DNA of 64,000 nucleotides from Pseudomonadota bacterium (lineage in GTDB: Bacteria; Pseudomonadota; Alphaproteobacteria; Sphingomonadales; Sphingomonadaceae), in assembly GCA_039818985.1 (NCBI GenBank), contig JBCBSU010000001.1, positions 24,367 through 88,366 on the forward strand. The letters are read 5' to 3'. The notes beneath the pieces are model-generated. The model was not told where the DNA came from and did no database searches. It saw only the letters and a list, made by a program, of their open reading frames with translations. A program made the position numbers and the translations under genes. Shown here one piece after another: positions 20,445 through 31,420 of the stretch (within the stretch, counting starts at the first letter, position 1; every line of letters begins with the position of its first letter).

Positions 20445-22415
20445 ATGTCCCTTGCCCGTTCTGCGCTGTCCTTTGCCGTTCTCGCCCTGTCAGCTGTATC
20501 ATTCTGGGGCGCAGGCATTGCACAAACGCAGCAAGGCAACAGCAAGCCGGTCGAAGAGCCCTATATAGACCGCGTGCCGCTGGCCGAGGACCGTCCTTTT
20601 CCCGGCACGATCCAGCTGAAAATCGACGCCACCGATACCGAGCGGGGGATTTTTCAGGTCGAGCAGACCATCCCGGTGCCGCAACCGGGCACCTTTACCC
20701 TGCTCTATCCCGAATGGCTGCCGGGTAATCATGCGCCGCGCGGCGAGATTGAGAAGCTGGTCGGACTCAGCTTTTCTGCGGGCGATATTCCGCTGGCATG
20801 GGAGCGTGACCCGACTGATATTCACGCCTTTCATGTTACCGTGCCTGAGGGGGCGGCGGCGATTGTCGCGCAGTTCCAGTTCACATCGGCGACAAAACCG
20901 TCCCAGGGGCGGGTGGTTGTCACCCCCAGCATGATGAACCTGCGCTGGCATGCCATGTCGCTTTATCCGGCCGGCTATTATGTTCGCAATATTCCGGTGC
21001 GGGCGACGGTGACCTGGCCCAAAGGCTGGAAGGCCGGCACCGCGCTGCGCCCGACCGAGACCCGCGGCGACACCGTTACCTATGGCAGTGTGGATTATGA
21101 CACGCTGGTCGACAGCCCGGTCTTTGCCGGCCGATATTTCAAACGCTGGCGGCTGTCGGACCGGGTGTGGCTCAATGTCGTTGCCGACGAGGCGGAGTTT
21201 CTCGAGGCCAGTGCCGAGCAGATTGCGGCGCATCGCAAGCTTGTCGCCGAAGCGGTCAGCCTGTTCGGCAGCCAGCAATATGATGAATATGACTTCCTGC
21301 TGGCGCTGACAAAGGAGATGGGCCGGATCGGCATCGAGCATCACCGATCGAGCGAGAATGGGGTCAACCCCGAATATTTCACCGAATGGGACAACGGGCC
21401 GGGGCGTCGCGGCCTGCTGCCGCATGAAATGACGCATAGCTGGAACGGCAAATATCGTCGTCCCGCCGGCATCTGGACCCCGGACTATCGCACCGTGAAA
21501 CGCGACAATCTGCTCTGGATCTATGAGGGACAGACCCAGCTATGGGGCTATGTGCTTGCCGCACGCTCTGGCCTGATCTCGAAACAGGATACGCTGGCGG
21601 CGCTGGCATCGGTGGCGGCGTCGCTCGATCTGCGCAGGGGGCGCCAGTGGCGACCGCTGGCAGACACCACCCATGATCCGGTGATTGCGGCGCGCAAACC
21701 CAAGCCATGGACCAGCTGGCAGCGCTCCGAGGATTATTATAATGAGGGGATGATGATCTGGCTCGAAGCCGACCAGATTATCCGCCGTGACAGCGGCGGC
21801 ACCAAATCGCTGGAAGACTTTGCCAAAGCGTTTTTTGGCGGCCGTGATGGCGATTGGGGTGTCGTCACCTATGACTATAGCGATGTCATCGACACGCTCA
21901 ATCAGGTGCATTCCCATGACTGGGAGGGGTTGTTTCGCCAACGGGTATTCTCGACCACCAGTGAGTCCCCGAAAAATGGCCTGACCCTGGGCGGTTACCG
22001 GCTGGTCTATAGCGACAGCCAGAGCGACTATCTGCGCGCCAATGAGAGGCGCGGCAGATTTTCCGATCACAGCTACAGCCTTGGCTTTTCGGTCGGCGCC
22101 GGCGGAGATATCAATTCGGTGATATGGGATTCGCCGGCCTTTCGTGCTGGCCTGACCAATGGTCACAGGATCGTCGCGGTCAATGATGCCGATTTCTCGT
22201 TCGAGGCGCTGAAAATCGCGATCAGGGGCACCCAGGGACGCAACAGCAGCCCGGTCCGGCTGCTGGTTAAAAAGGGCGAGCGATACAAGACAGTAAGATT
22301 GGACTATCGCGGTGGCCTGCGCTATCCGCGCCTCGTCAAAACCGGAGACGGCGCGGGTGGCCTTGACATGTTGCTTGCACCGCAGACCGGCGACATCGCC
22401 GAAAGTGAAGGCTAG
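20445..22415 (+). CDS. M61 family glycyl aminopeptidase with C-terminal PDZ-like domain, secreted
   Basis: Signal peptide MSLARSALSFAVLALSAVSFWGAGIA; HEMTHSW zinc motif (HExxH); M61 architecture. The ATG at 20445 is used; the ORF track extends it upstream to 20043. Confidence 0.8.
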   Translation: MSLARSALSFAVLALSAVSFWGAGIAQTQQGNSKPVEEPYIDRVPLAEDRPFPGTIQLKIDATDTERGIFQVEQTIPVPQPGTFTLLYPEWLPGNHAPRGEIEKLVGLSFSAGDIPLAWERDPTDIHAFHVTVPEGAAAIVAQFQFTSATKPSQGRVVVTPSMMNLRWHAMSLYPAGYYVRNIPVRATVTWPKGWKAGTALRPTETRGDTVTYGSVDYDTLVDSPVFAGRYFKRWRLSDRVWLNVVADEAEFLEASAEQIAAHRKLVAEAVSLFGSQQYDEYDFLLALTKEMGRIGIEHHRSSENGVNPEYFTEWDNGPGRRGLLPHEMTHSWNGKYRRPAGIWTPDYRTVKRDNLLWIYEGQTQLWGYVLAARSGLISKQDTLAALASVAASLDLRRGRQWRPLADTTHDPVIAARKPKPWTSWQRSEDYYNEGMMIWLEADQIIRRDSGGTKSLEDFAKAFFGGRDGDWGVVTYDYSDVIDTLNQVHSHDWEGLFRQRVFSTTSESPKNGLTLGGYRLVYSDSQSDYLRANERRGRFSDHSYSLGFSVGAGGDINSVIWDSPAFRAGLTNGHRIVAVNDADFSFEALKIAIRGTQGRNSSPVRLLVKKGERYKTVRLDYRGGLRYPRLVKTGDGAGGLDMLLAPQTGDIAESEG

Positions 22416-22473
22416 AGCAGATTTCCGGCGCCGCTTTACATGGCCTGCGCCTCATGAGGAAAGACGAACAGAC

Positions 22474-23013
22474 ATGCGCATCAGCGAAATTCCCGTGGGC
22501 AAGAACCCGCCCAATAACGTCAATGTGATCATCGAAGTGCCCACCGGGGGCGAACCGGTGAAATATGAGTTCGACAAGGCTTCGGGTGCGATCTTTGTCG
22601 ACCGCATCCTGCATACGCCGATGCGTTACCCCGCCAATTATGGCTTTGTGCCGCATACGCTCTCGCCCGATGGTGATCCGCTCGACGCGCTGGTGGTCGC
22701 ACGCTCGCCCTTCATGCCCGGTGCGGTGGTGCGCGCTCGGCCGATTGCGGTGCTCAACCTGGAAGATGAGCATGGTGGCGACGAGAAGCTGGTCTGCGTC
22801 CCCGACACCGCGACCTTCCCTTATTATACCAATGTCCGCGAGCGCGAGGACCTGCCCGAAATTGTGTGCCAGCAGATCGAACATTTCTTTACCCATTACA
22901 AGGACCTGGAAGCCGAGAAATGGGTGCGTGTCGGCAAATGGGGCGGTGCTGAAGAAGCGCGGCAGATCGTGCTGGAAGCGATGGACCGGGCCAAGGAAAA
23001 AGGCGAAGCCTGA
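22474..23013 (+). CDS. ppa: Inorganic pyrophosphatase
   Basis: MRISEIPVGKNPPNNVNVIIEVP...YPANYGFVP...DGDPLDALV is the family I PPase signature. Confidence 0.95.
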   Translation: MRISEIPVGKNPPNNVNVIIEVPTGGEPVKYEFDKASGAIFVDRILHTPMRYPANYGFVPHTLSPDGDPLDALVVARSPFMPGAVVRARPIAVLNLEDEHGGDEKLVCVPDTATFPYYTNVREREDLPEIVCQQIEHFFTHYKDLEAEKWVRVGKWGGAEEARQIVLEAMDRAKEKGEA

Positions 23014-23029
23014 TGCTTGTTAGCGCCGG

Positions 23030-24901
23030 TTAACCGGCTCCGGCCGGCTTTGCCGGGCCGCGAAGGTCGGGCAATTGGTTTGCCTCGGACTCGATGATGG
23101 TTTCATCGTCACCGGCTTCAGCCGGATCACCGGCATAGCAGATTCGGTTGCGCCCCAGATTCTTGGCGCGATAGAGCGCCCGGTCGGCGGCGCGATAATG
23201 GCGGTCGAAATCGGGCGCGTCGCTGCCCGGGTCGATTTCGGCAACGCCGATGCTGACCGAGAGCGCGCCGACCGGGTGACGCGCATCGCCGAAGCGGGTC
23301 TGGGCGATGCTGTCCTTGATGCGTTCGGCAAATTGATGCACGCCGTCGCTGTTGCTGCACCTTGCAAGAATGGCGAATTCCTCGCCACCGAAACGGGCCA
23401 GCACATCATCCTTGCGACAGCACAGGCGCAGCATATCGGCCAGCTGCATCAGCGTGACATCGCCGGCTTCATGGCCGAAACGGTCATTGATCTGCTTGAA
23501 ATGGTCGATATCGACAAGGATCAGCGCGGTGGTGCGTGATGGCGCGCGATGATTGCTCTCCAGCGCGCGGAAATGCTCCATGAAGCCACGCCGGTTCATG
23601 ATCCGGGTCAGTGGGTCGGTGCGCGCCAGCAGTGCCTCGTTCGCGCCGACCTCGAGTGCCAGATCATGACGCTGACGCAGCTGCCACGCCTTGATGCCGA
23701 CAATGGCGCTGGTCACCAGCACTTCAAGCAGCACCGCAAGATGAAAGCCGGCATCGAATATCGGTGCATCGTCGAGCCAGCCCAGCGCGCGACCAAGCCG
23801 CAATATGGCGATGACCAGAAAACCCGACAGGCCGAGGATGAGAAGCATGGCCATGCGATCACCGCGCATTGCCGCGATGACGAGACTGATCAGTACGGTG
23901 AGCACCATCAGGCTGTAAAAGCCGTGGAATATCTGCGGCCCGATCAGCGGCCAGCCCGGAGCGATCAGAATCACCAGCAGCGTCGCTACCATGCTGGCCA
24001 TGCCGATGGCCGGCAATGCGGTGCGGGCGCGGGGGCCGAGCTTTATCGGATCGCACAGCGAGCGCACCAGCATGCAGATAGCAAAGCCGAATATCGGCAG
24101 CAGCAGATGCACTGCGACCGACCGGTCGATCATGGTGGCACCGGGGACCAGATCGAAAATCAGACCGGTCCAGAAGATCTGGCTGGCCAGAATCGAAACC
24201 AGCATCAGGCTGTGAAACAGCACGAAGCGCTGGCGCAGGGTAGCGAAGAACACGATATTGAGCAGCAGCGGCCCGAAGATCAGCCCGGCAAACAGCGCGC
24301 TCAGCACCTGCTGGCGCTGGCCTGCTGCGATGTCCTGATCGGCTTCCCATATTTCGAGATCGGAGAGATTGGTAGGATCCCAGGGCCGATCGACGCTGAC
24401 CAGCAACAGGTCCGGACGCTCTCCGTCCGGGCCGAGTAATGGCGCCGCCACCGCCCAGGGCGCGCGCCAATTGGCGGTCATGCTGGCCTGGTCATGACGG
24501 GTGGAAACCCAGCGACCATCGGAGAGCCTGCGATGAATGACAATGTCGCCATGGCGCGCGGTGCGATAACGCAGCACCGGATTGCGAAACCCTGCCTGCG
24601 CTTCGCTGATATCGGCGAGCAGCCAGAAATGATCGGTGGCCTTTTGCAGCTTGTTCGAAGAGCAGTCAAAGCTGTCGCGCATCGCGGCTACCGTCTCGGG
24701 CATGGCATCGCCATCTCCGGCCAGGGTGCACATGCTGGCGGAAAGGCGGACAGGATTGGCGGCCTCCTGCACGAGCTGTGCCGCGCCGCGAGACGGAAGC
24801 GACAGCAACAATATGCAGATAAATGCTACGACAATGGCCCAGATGGCATGGCCTTTGCCGCGATCTTTCTCGCCTCTATTGTTCGCGCTCGCAAATATCA
24901 C
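23030..24901 (-). CDS. Diguanylate cyclase with N-terminal 7TMR-DISM (extracellular sensor plus 7TM) module
   Basis: C-terminal GGDEF domain (RFGGEEFAIL); signal peptide, a periplasmic region, then seven TM helices. Confidence 0.85.
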   Translation of the reverse strand: MIFASANNRGEKDRGKGHAIWAIVVAFICILLLSLPSRGAAQLVQEAANPVRLSASMCTLAGDGDAMPETVAAMRDSFDCSSNKLQKATDHFWLLADISEAQAGFRNPVLRYRTARHGDIVIHRRLSDGRWVSTRHDQASMTANWRAPWAVAAPLLGPDGERPDLLLVSVDRPWDPTNLSDLEIWEADQDIAAGQRQQVLSALFAGLIFGPLLLNIVFFATLRQRFVLFHSLMLVSILASQIFWTGLIFDLVPGATMIDRSVAVHLLLPIFGFAICMLVRSLCDPIKLGPRARTALPAIGMASMVATLLVILIAPGWPLIGPQIFHGFYSLMVLTVLISLVIAAMRGDRMAMLLILGLSGFLVIAILRLGRALGWLDDAPIFDAGFHLAVLLEVLVTSAIVGIKAWQLRQRHDLALEVGANEALLARTDPLTRIMNRRGFMEHFRALESNHRAPSRTTALILVDIDHFKQINDRFGHEAGDVTLMQLADMLRLCCRKDDVLARFGGEEFAILARCSNSDGVHQFAERIKDSIAQTRFGDARHPVGALSVSIGVAEIDPGSDAPDFDRHYRAADRALYRAKNLGRNRICYAGDPAEAGDDETIIESEANQLPDLRGPAKPAGAG

Positions 24902-24959
24902 CGAATATCCGTCCGTCCGGGATGGTTAGTGCCGGTTCAGTTGCTCTTGGCGTGCCGGT

Positions 24960-26075
24960 CTATTTGCCCTTGGCATAAAGCCGCAGAAACTCGGCGGCAA
25001 TAGCGCTATTCTCTACCTGCGTGCGGTTCAACGGGTTTCCCCACCATATGGCTTCGGTGTTGGCAAGAACGATCAGGGTCAGCGATCGGTCCGGAACCTT
25101 TAGATAAAGCGCGGAATATTTTTCCGGCTCCCATCCGCTGTGCCACACCAGCCGCATGCCTTGCCAGTTCTGGACATGCCAGCCCCAGCGATAATCCCCA
25201 TCGGGTCCGACCGGTTTTTTGAAAATTTCCTCGCTATAGGGTTGCGGAATCAGTCCACCGTCCACAGCCCGGTCGAATCGCGCCAGCTGCTCGACACTGG
25301 TATAAATGCCCGCGGCGGCGCGAAAGTCATCGTCTGGCAGGCTGGCCTTGACCAATCGCCCCTGCTCAAGGCGGAATGGTTCGGCAAGCCGTTGCAAAGC
25401 CTGCCCGCTTTCCGGGTCTCGCCGGCCCAGTGCGGTATGTTCCATGCCTGCCGGCAGCACGGCCTGTTGCCGCACCATGTCGCGAAACGATGCCAGACCA
25501 GCCGATTCCAGGGCGCGGTCGATGCGGGCATAGATGATCGGATTATAGACATAACGTTCTCCGGTGCCGTTGACGCGCATATTGAGCGCGTCACGCACGG
25601 TCAGCTCTCTGTCGCATGCCACTGGCGCGATGGTGCTGCCATCGGCTGTAGTGGCGCCGCCGCCAAAGGGTATTTCACTGCTTCCCAGCCAGGCGCACAG
25701 GCCATCGAAACCGGGATGTGCTTTCAATGGCGTATCGAGTGACAGCAACCCGGCATCCGCACCGCGCAGCATTGCCGCAGCGGTTATCGGCTTGGTGACC
25801 GATGCGATGCCGAATACCGTCTGTTCTGTGGTGGGCAGCTCGCCTTCATCGTCGAAATAGCCCAGCATGGCTGACGCGACGGGTCGGCCTTTATGCAGCA
25901 CCATCGCGGCCAGCGCCGGTGCCGATCGTTGTTCGGCAAAGTCTCGCAGGAACTGTTCAAATTGCCTGGCCTCTTCCGTATCAGCAACCTCGTCATCCGG
26001 CTGTGCCATGGAAGGGCTGGGCAGCATCGCCGCCAACGCCAATATGCAGCTTCGGAACATTGCGCATTTCGCCAT
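24960..26075 (-). CDS. Serine hydrolase of the beta-lactamase / PBP transpeptidase-like family, secreted
   Basis: Signal peptide and the SxxK motif (ASVTKP). Confidence 0.75.
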   Translation of the reverse strand: MAKCAMFRSCILALAAMLPSPSMAQPDDEVADTEEARQFEQFLRDFAEQRSAPALAAMVLHKGRPVASAMLGYFDDEGELPTTEQTVFGIASVTKPITAAAMLRGADAGLLSLDTPLKAHPGFDGLCAWLGSSEIPFGGGATTADGSTIAPVACDRELTVRDALNMRVNGTGERYVYNPIIYARIDRALESAGLASFRDMVRQQAVLPAGMEHTALGRRDPESGQALQRLAEPFRLEQGRLVKASLPDDDFRAAAGIYTSVEQLARFDRAVDGGLIPQPYSEEIFKKPVGPDGDYRWGWHVQNWQGMRLVWHSGWEPEKYSALYLKVPDRSLTLIVLANTEAIWWGNPLNRTQVENSAIAAEFLRLYAKGK

Positions 26076-26350
26076 GGAGACTCCTCACTTTAGCTCTGCA
26101 ACATCAATCTCTTGCTGCTGTCGTCTACACTTGTCAACGGTTGGCTGTGAGCGTCCGGACCGGGCCTGCCCTTCCTTCCGCAAGATGATGCCGCTGCAAC
26201 AACAGCGATCCTTTTCTCCATTGCCCTCTGGCAATCGCCTGCTGTCTATGCTTTAGGGACTGCGCAATTTCCCTGAGTCCGCTTTCTCCGGCTGGATGGC
26301 CCGCCGGATGGGCGTCGGCAAACAGCATGTAGAAAGGCTGCTCTTCCCCC

Positions 26351-27550
<1,200 letters not shown>

Positions 27551-27592
27551 GCCGATAGTCAGAACGAAGAAGCGGCGCTTGACGTTAACGTG

Positions 27593-27629
27593 AACGGAAA
27601 CTAAAAGGCAGCTATTCAGTTTCCGTTCG
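27593..27629. other. Strong stem-loop (11-bp perfect stem, 15-nt loop) in the sucC-etfB intergenic region; tandem short palindromes and a U-rich run follow (27650-27690, probable sucC terminator)
   Basis: gaacggaaact-aaaaggcagctattc-agtttccgttc, then ggcgctagcgcc and aacggccgtt, then ctttcttt. Confidence 0.45.
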
Positions 27630-27755
27630 CCCTGAGCTTGTCGGAGTCGAAGACGGCGCTAGCGCCAACGGCCGTTCTTTCTTTGAAGTAAGGGCAAGGC
27701 TTCGACAGGCTCAGCCCGAACGGTAAAGAAACAAAGCAGTAGGAAGGATAATCAC

Positions 27756-28502
27756 ATGAAAATCCTCGTGCCCGTAAAACGGGTGATCGATTACAACGTC
27801 AAGCCGCGGGTCAAGGCCGATGGCTCGGGCGTTGACCTCGCCAATGTCAAAATGTCGATGAACCCGTTCGACGAAATTGCGGTCGAAGAAGCCATTCGCC
27901 TCAAGGAAGCGGGCAAAGCCGAAGAAGTCGTCGCGGTTTCCATCGGCCCGGCCAAGGCGCAGGAAACCATCCGCACCGCGCTCGCCATGGGCGCCGACCG
28001 CGGCATATTGATCGAGACCGATGACGAAGTCGAACCGCTGGGTGTGGCCAAGCTGCTCGCCAAGGTGGTCGAGGAAGAATCGCCGCAGATCATCATGATG
28101 GGCAAACAGGCCATTGATGACGACAGCAACCAGACCGGACAGATGCTCGCGGCGCTGGCAGGCACCAGCCAGGCGACTTTTGCCAACACTATCGAGGTTG
28201 ACGGCGACGCCGCCGTGGTCAAGCGCGAGATTGATGGTGGCCTGCAGACAGTCAAGGTGACGCTGCCGGCGGTGATCACCGCCGATCTGCGTCTCAATGA
28301 GCCGCGTTATCCCACCCTGCCGAACATCATGAAGGCCAAGAAAAAGCCGATCGATAACAAGGCTCCCGGTGATTATGGCGTCGATGTCGCGCCACGCCTG
28401 AAAACACTGAACGTCAGCGAACCGCCGGTGCGTCAGGCCGGTATCAAGGTGGAAGATGTCGACCAGCTGGTCGGTAAACTCAAAGAATTGGGAGTGGCCT
28501 GA
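27756..28502 (+). CDS. etfB: Electron transfer flavoprotein beta subunit
   Basis: [16 protein letters not shown]... is the canonical EtfB N-terminus. Confidence 0.95.
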   Translation: MKILVPVKRVIDYNVKPRVKADGSGVDLANVKMSMNPFDEIAVEEAIRLKEAGKAEEVVAVSIGPAKAQETIRTALAMGADRGILIETDDEVEPLGVAKLLAKVVEEESPQIIMMGKQAIDDDSNQTGQMLAALAGTSQATFANTIEVDGDAAVVKREIDGGLQTVKVTLPAVITADLRLNEPRYPTLPNIMKAKKKPIDNKAPGDYGVDVAPRLKTLNVSEPPVRQAGIKVEDVDQLVGKLKELGVA

Positions 28503-29431
28503 TGAAGACCCTCGTCCTCGTAGAACATGACAATGCAAGTCTGAAAGACGCTACCCTGTCGGTGGTCACTGCTGCGTCGCAACTGGGTGAAGTCCATGCG
28601 CTGGTTGCCGGGTCCGGCTGTGGGGCCGTGGCCGAAGCGGCAGCGAAAATCGCCGGTGTCACCACCGTCCATATCGCCGACGATCCGGCCTATGAGCATG
28701 CGCTGGCGGAAAATCTGGCACCGCTGATCGCCGATCTGATGGGCAGCCATGACGCGTTCCTGGCCCCTGCTACCACCACCGGCAAGAATGTCGCGCCGCG
28801 CGTCGCAGCCTTGCTCGACGTGATGCAGATTTCCGACATTCTCTCGGTCGAAGGCGACAAGACCTTTACCCGTCCGATCTATGCCGGTAACGCCATCGCG
28901 ACCGTCGAAAGCAGTGACGAAAAACTGGTGATCACCGTACGCGGCACCGCCTTTGACAAGGCTGCAACCGAAGGCGGCAGTGGCACAGTTGAAGCCGTTT
29001 CCGGTTCGGGCGATGCTGGCCTGTCCAGCTTTGTCAGCGAGGAAATCGCCGAGAGCGAGCGTCCGGAACTGACCAGTGCCAAGATCATCGTTTCCGGCGG
29101 TCGTGCCCTGGGCTCGAGCGAAAAGTTCGAGGAAGTCATCACCCCGCTGGCCGACAAGCTCGGCGCTGGCATCGGTGCCTCGCGCGCCGCTGTCGATGCG
29201 GGCTATGTGCCGAACGACTATCAGGTCGGCCAGACCGGCAAGATCGTCGCCCCGGAAGTCTATATCGCCATCGGCATTTCCGGTGCGATCCAGCATCTGG
29301 CGGGCATGAAGGACTCCAAAACGATTATCGCGATCAACAAGGACGAAGACGCTCCGATCTTCCAGATCGCCGATATCGGCCTGGTCGCTGACCTGTTCGA
29401 TGTGGTGCCCGAGCTGACCGGCAAGGTCTGA
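28502..29431 (+). CDS. etfA: Electron transfer flavoprotein alpha subunit
   Basis: FAD-binding C-terminal domain (...[33 protein letters not shown]...). The start overlaps the etfB stop. Confidence 0.95.
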   Translation: MKTLVLVEHDNASLKDATLSVVTAASQLGEVHALVAGSGCGAVAEAAAKIAGVTTVHIADDPAYEHALAENLAPLIADLMGSHDAFLAPATTTGKNVAPRVAALLDVMQISDILSVEGDKTFTRPIYAGNAIATVESSDEKLVITVRGTAFDKAATEGGSGTVEAVSGSGDAGLSSFVSEEIAESERPELTSAKIIVSGGRALGSSEKFEEVITPLADKLGAGIGASRAAVDAGYVPNDYQVGQTGKIVAPEVYIAIGISGAIQHLAGMKDSKTIIAINKDEDAPIFQIADIGLVADLFDVVPELTGKV

Positions 29432-29528
29432 ACAAACTAATGTTACCCTACTCGTCATGCTGAACTCGGTTCACCTGCGGTGACTGCGTGCCAGCATCTC
29501 ACGAGAAAAGTGGAACGTAGCAATACAG

Positions 29529-29555
29529 ATCCTGAAACAAGTTCAGGATGACGAA
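29529..29555. repeat. Palindromic repeat element (atcctgaaacaagttcaggatgacgaa)
   Basis: 8-bp perfect stem atcctgaa/ttcaggat. Shares its loop and right end with the 4909 copy. Confidence 0.55.
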
Positions 29556-29655
29556 ATTATGAGCCCCGGCGTGTCAGCGTCGGGGTTCTCTTTTTGGGCG
29601 TCATCAATATGTCATTCTCAATGCCTAAATGTCTTATCTTTGTATCTGACGGACA

Positions 29656-30684
29656 GTGAATCCTATGGCGACCGCAGCAAATGCTCCCAAGGCCAAGACC
29701 GATACGCGCAGCCTGTTGGCCGAGGCGTTGCTCGATGGCTGTGATGAAGCGGAAATGTTTCAGCGGCTTCTGGCTGTGGGAATGAGCGAATCCAAGGCGC
29801 GCTATGAGCTGTCGCGCGCGCCGAAAGACCCGCTTTTTGTCGCGGCGAGAAGGCTGCGCGCCCGATTGGGCAAGCGTGACTGGACCCTGGGCATTTACAG
29901 CAAACTCGCCGCGATGGATGAGCGTCAGACGTCTATCCCGACCGTTGATGTGATTGACCCGGAGCAATTTTTTCGCGAATTCTATTTTGCCAACCGGCCG
30001 GTCAAGCTGACCGGCCTGATTGACCACTGGCCTGCGCTGGAGCGATGGACGCTCGATTATCTCGAGGCAAAGGTCGGCGATGCGATTGTCGAGCTGCAGG
30101 CCGAGCGGCAATCGGACGATGATTATGAAATCGTTAAAGACCGCCATAAGCGCCATATCCGCATGGCCGATCTGGTCCGTGCCCTGCGTGCCGATGAAAC
30201 CAGCAATGATTTCTATATCACCGCCTATAATGACACCACCAACAAACAGGCATTGGCGGCCTTATGGGATGATCTGGGCGCGCTGACGCTGCTGGACGCG
30301 GATGGCGTCGCCAACGGCTTTTTCTGGATGGGGCCAAAGGGTACGATCACGCCGTTTCATCATGACCTGACCAATAACCTGCTGCTGCAGATTGCCGGGC
30401 GCAAACATATCCGCATGGTTGCCGCACATCATGTCGCGCAGATGCGCAATCATGAACATTGTTTCAGCCAATGGACCGCCGAGGATTTTGATCGGGCAGA
30501 GGCGGAAGGCCGCGCTATGCCTCCGATGCTGGAATGCGAAATCGGCCCAGGCGAGGCGATCTTCCTGCCCGTGGGTTGGTGGCACCATGTCACCGGCTTG
30601 GACCGGACCATCAGCATGTCCTTTACCGGCTTTGCCAGAGGCAATGATTTCTACAGTGACTATATCACAGACCCGGCATTTTGA
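29656..30684 (+). CDS. JmjC / cupin-8 domain protein (putative 2OG-Fe(II) oxygenase)
   Basis: JmjC-type cupin with ...FHHDLTNNLLLQIAGRKH...LPVGWWHHV... (HxD...H iron triad). Confidence 0.7.
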   Translation: MNPMATAANAPKAKTDTRSLLAEALLDGCDEAEMFQRLLAVGMSESKARYELSRAPKDPLFVAARRLRARLGKRDWTLGIYSKLAAMDERQTSIPTVDVIDPEQFFREFYFANRPVKLTGLIDHWPALERWTLDYLEAKVGDAIVELQAERQSDDDYEIVKDRHKRHIRMADLVRALRADETSNDFYITAYNDTTNKQALAALWDDLGALTLLDADGVANGFFWMGPKGTITPFHHDLTNNLLLQIAGRKHIRMVAAHHVAQMRNHEHCFSQWTAEDFDRAEAEGRAMPPMLECEIGPGEAIFLPVGWWHHVTGLDRTISMSFTGFARGNDFYSDYITDPAF

Positions 30685-30906
30685 GCCCTGATGCCGGTCC
30701 CGGGTCTGCTGCTGTCTTCTTCCTGTCATATAAATTCTTCTTTATGTGCGATTTTTTTGTTGCGCTTCGAAAGCAGCGCGCATAGACGGCGCGTCCCCTG
30801 GTCATCCGGCGGGGCAGACGTCAACGGTACAGGGTCTCTGCAGGGCCCACCCGCGCAAGGTTCTCATCGGGCCATTGTGTACGGACGCTGCGCTGTCAGA
30901 TCGGTT

Positions 30907-30977
30907 GCATGGGTAGCTCAATGGGAGAGCACTAGCTTCAGGCGCTAGGAGCGCGGGTTCGATTCCCGTCTCATCGC
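30907..30977 (+). tRNA. tRNA-like unit 1 (CAG in anticodon position; possibly a tRNA pseudogene)
   Basis: Manual fold: D arm ta-gctc-aatggga-gagc; anticodon arm ctagc-ttcaggc-gctag; 4-nt variable loop; T arm gcggg-ttcgatt-cccgt. The acceptor gcatggg/ctcatcg pairs at only 5 of 7 positions. A CAG anticodon with a short variable arm is non-canonical for Leu. Confidence 0.4.
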
Positions 30978-31049
30978 ACTTGGATAGCTCAACGGTAGAG
31001 CACGGAACTGATAACTCCGTTGTTGCAGGTTCGAATCCTGCTCCACACT
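30978..31049 (+). tRNA. tRNA-like unit 2 (GAT in anticodon position; possibly a tRNA pseudogene)
   Basis: D arm ta-gctc-aacggta-gagc; anticodon arm cggaa-ctgataa-ctccg; T arm gcagg-ttcgaat-cctgc. The acceptor acttgga/tccacac pairs at only 4 of 7 positions. It directly abuts unit 1 with no spacer, and no CCA is encoded. Confidence 0.4.
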
Positions 31050-31420
31050 CGTCCTTCACAGGGACAACAGCCTGTTACGCTGTTTGCAATCTTGAGGGGC
31101 CGGGGATCGGCATGTGACGGAAAGCCGGCGGACGGCGGCAAGGGCATCTTCGGATGCCGGCGCGGCCCGAGGCTGGCCTTCCCGATCCATGCCAAAGGAA
31201 CTGGTGACAGGTGATGGCACCGCCGCATCCGGGCCGAAAAGGCCGGTTTTCGAACCGGTCGGCTCCGCCCGGATGGCTGCTGTGCCCGCTCCCGCGTCAC
31301 CCGCCCTGCGGCATGCCACCAATCCCCGGTCCTTTTTATCGGGGGACAGAAGGGACGGGAAATGGTTTCCGTCTTCAAAAACAGGAAGAAAGGAAATCCG
31401 TGTGACTTAGCCGGATAGTA

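Noticed and set aside
30850-31060. A two-piece (permuted) tmRNA, considered because of the tRNA-like T arms
   Set aside because: Both units carry full D and anticodon arms, unlike the tmRNA tRNA-like domain. No tag reading frame ending in ...AA stop, and no pseudoknots, were evident.
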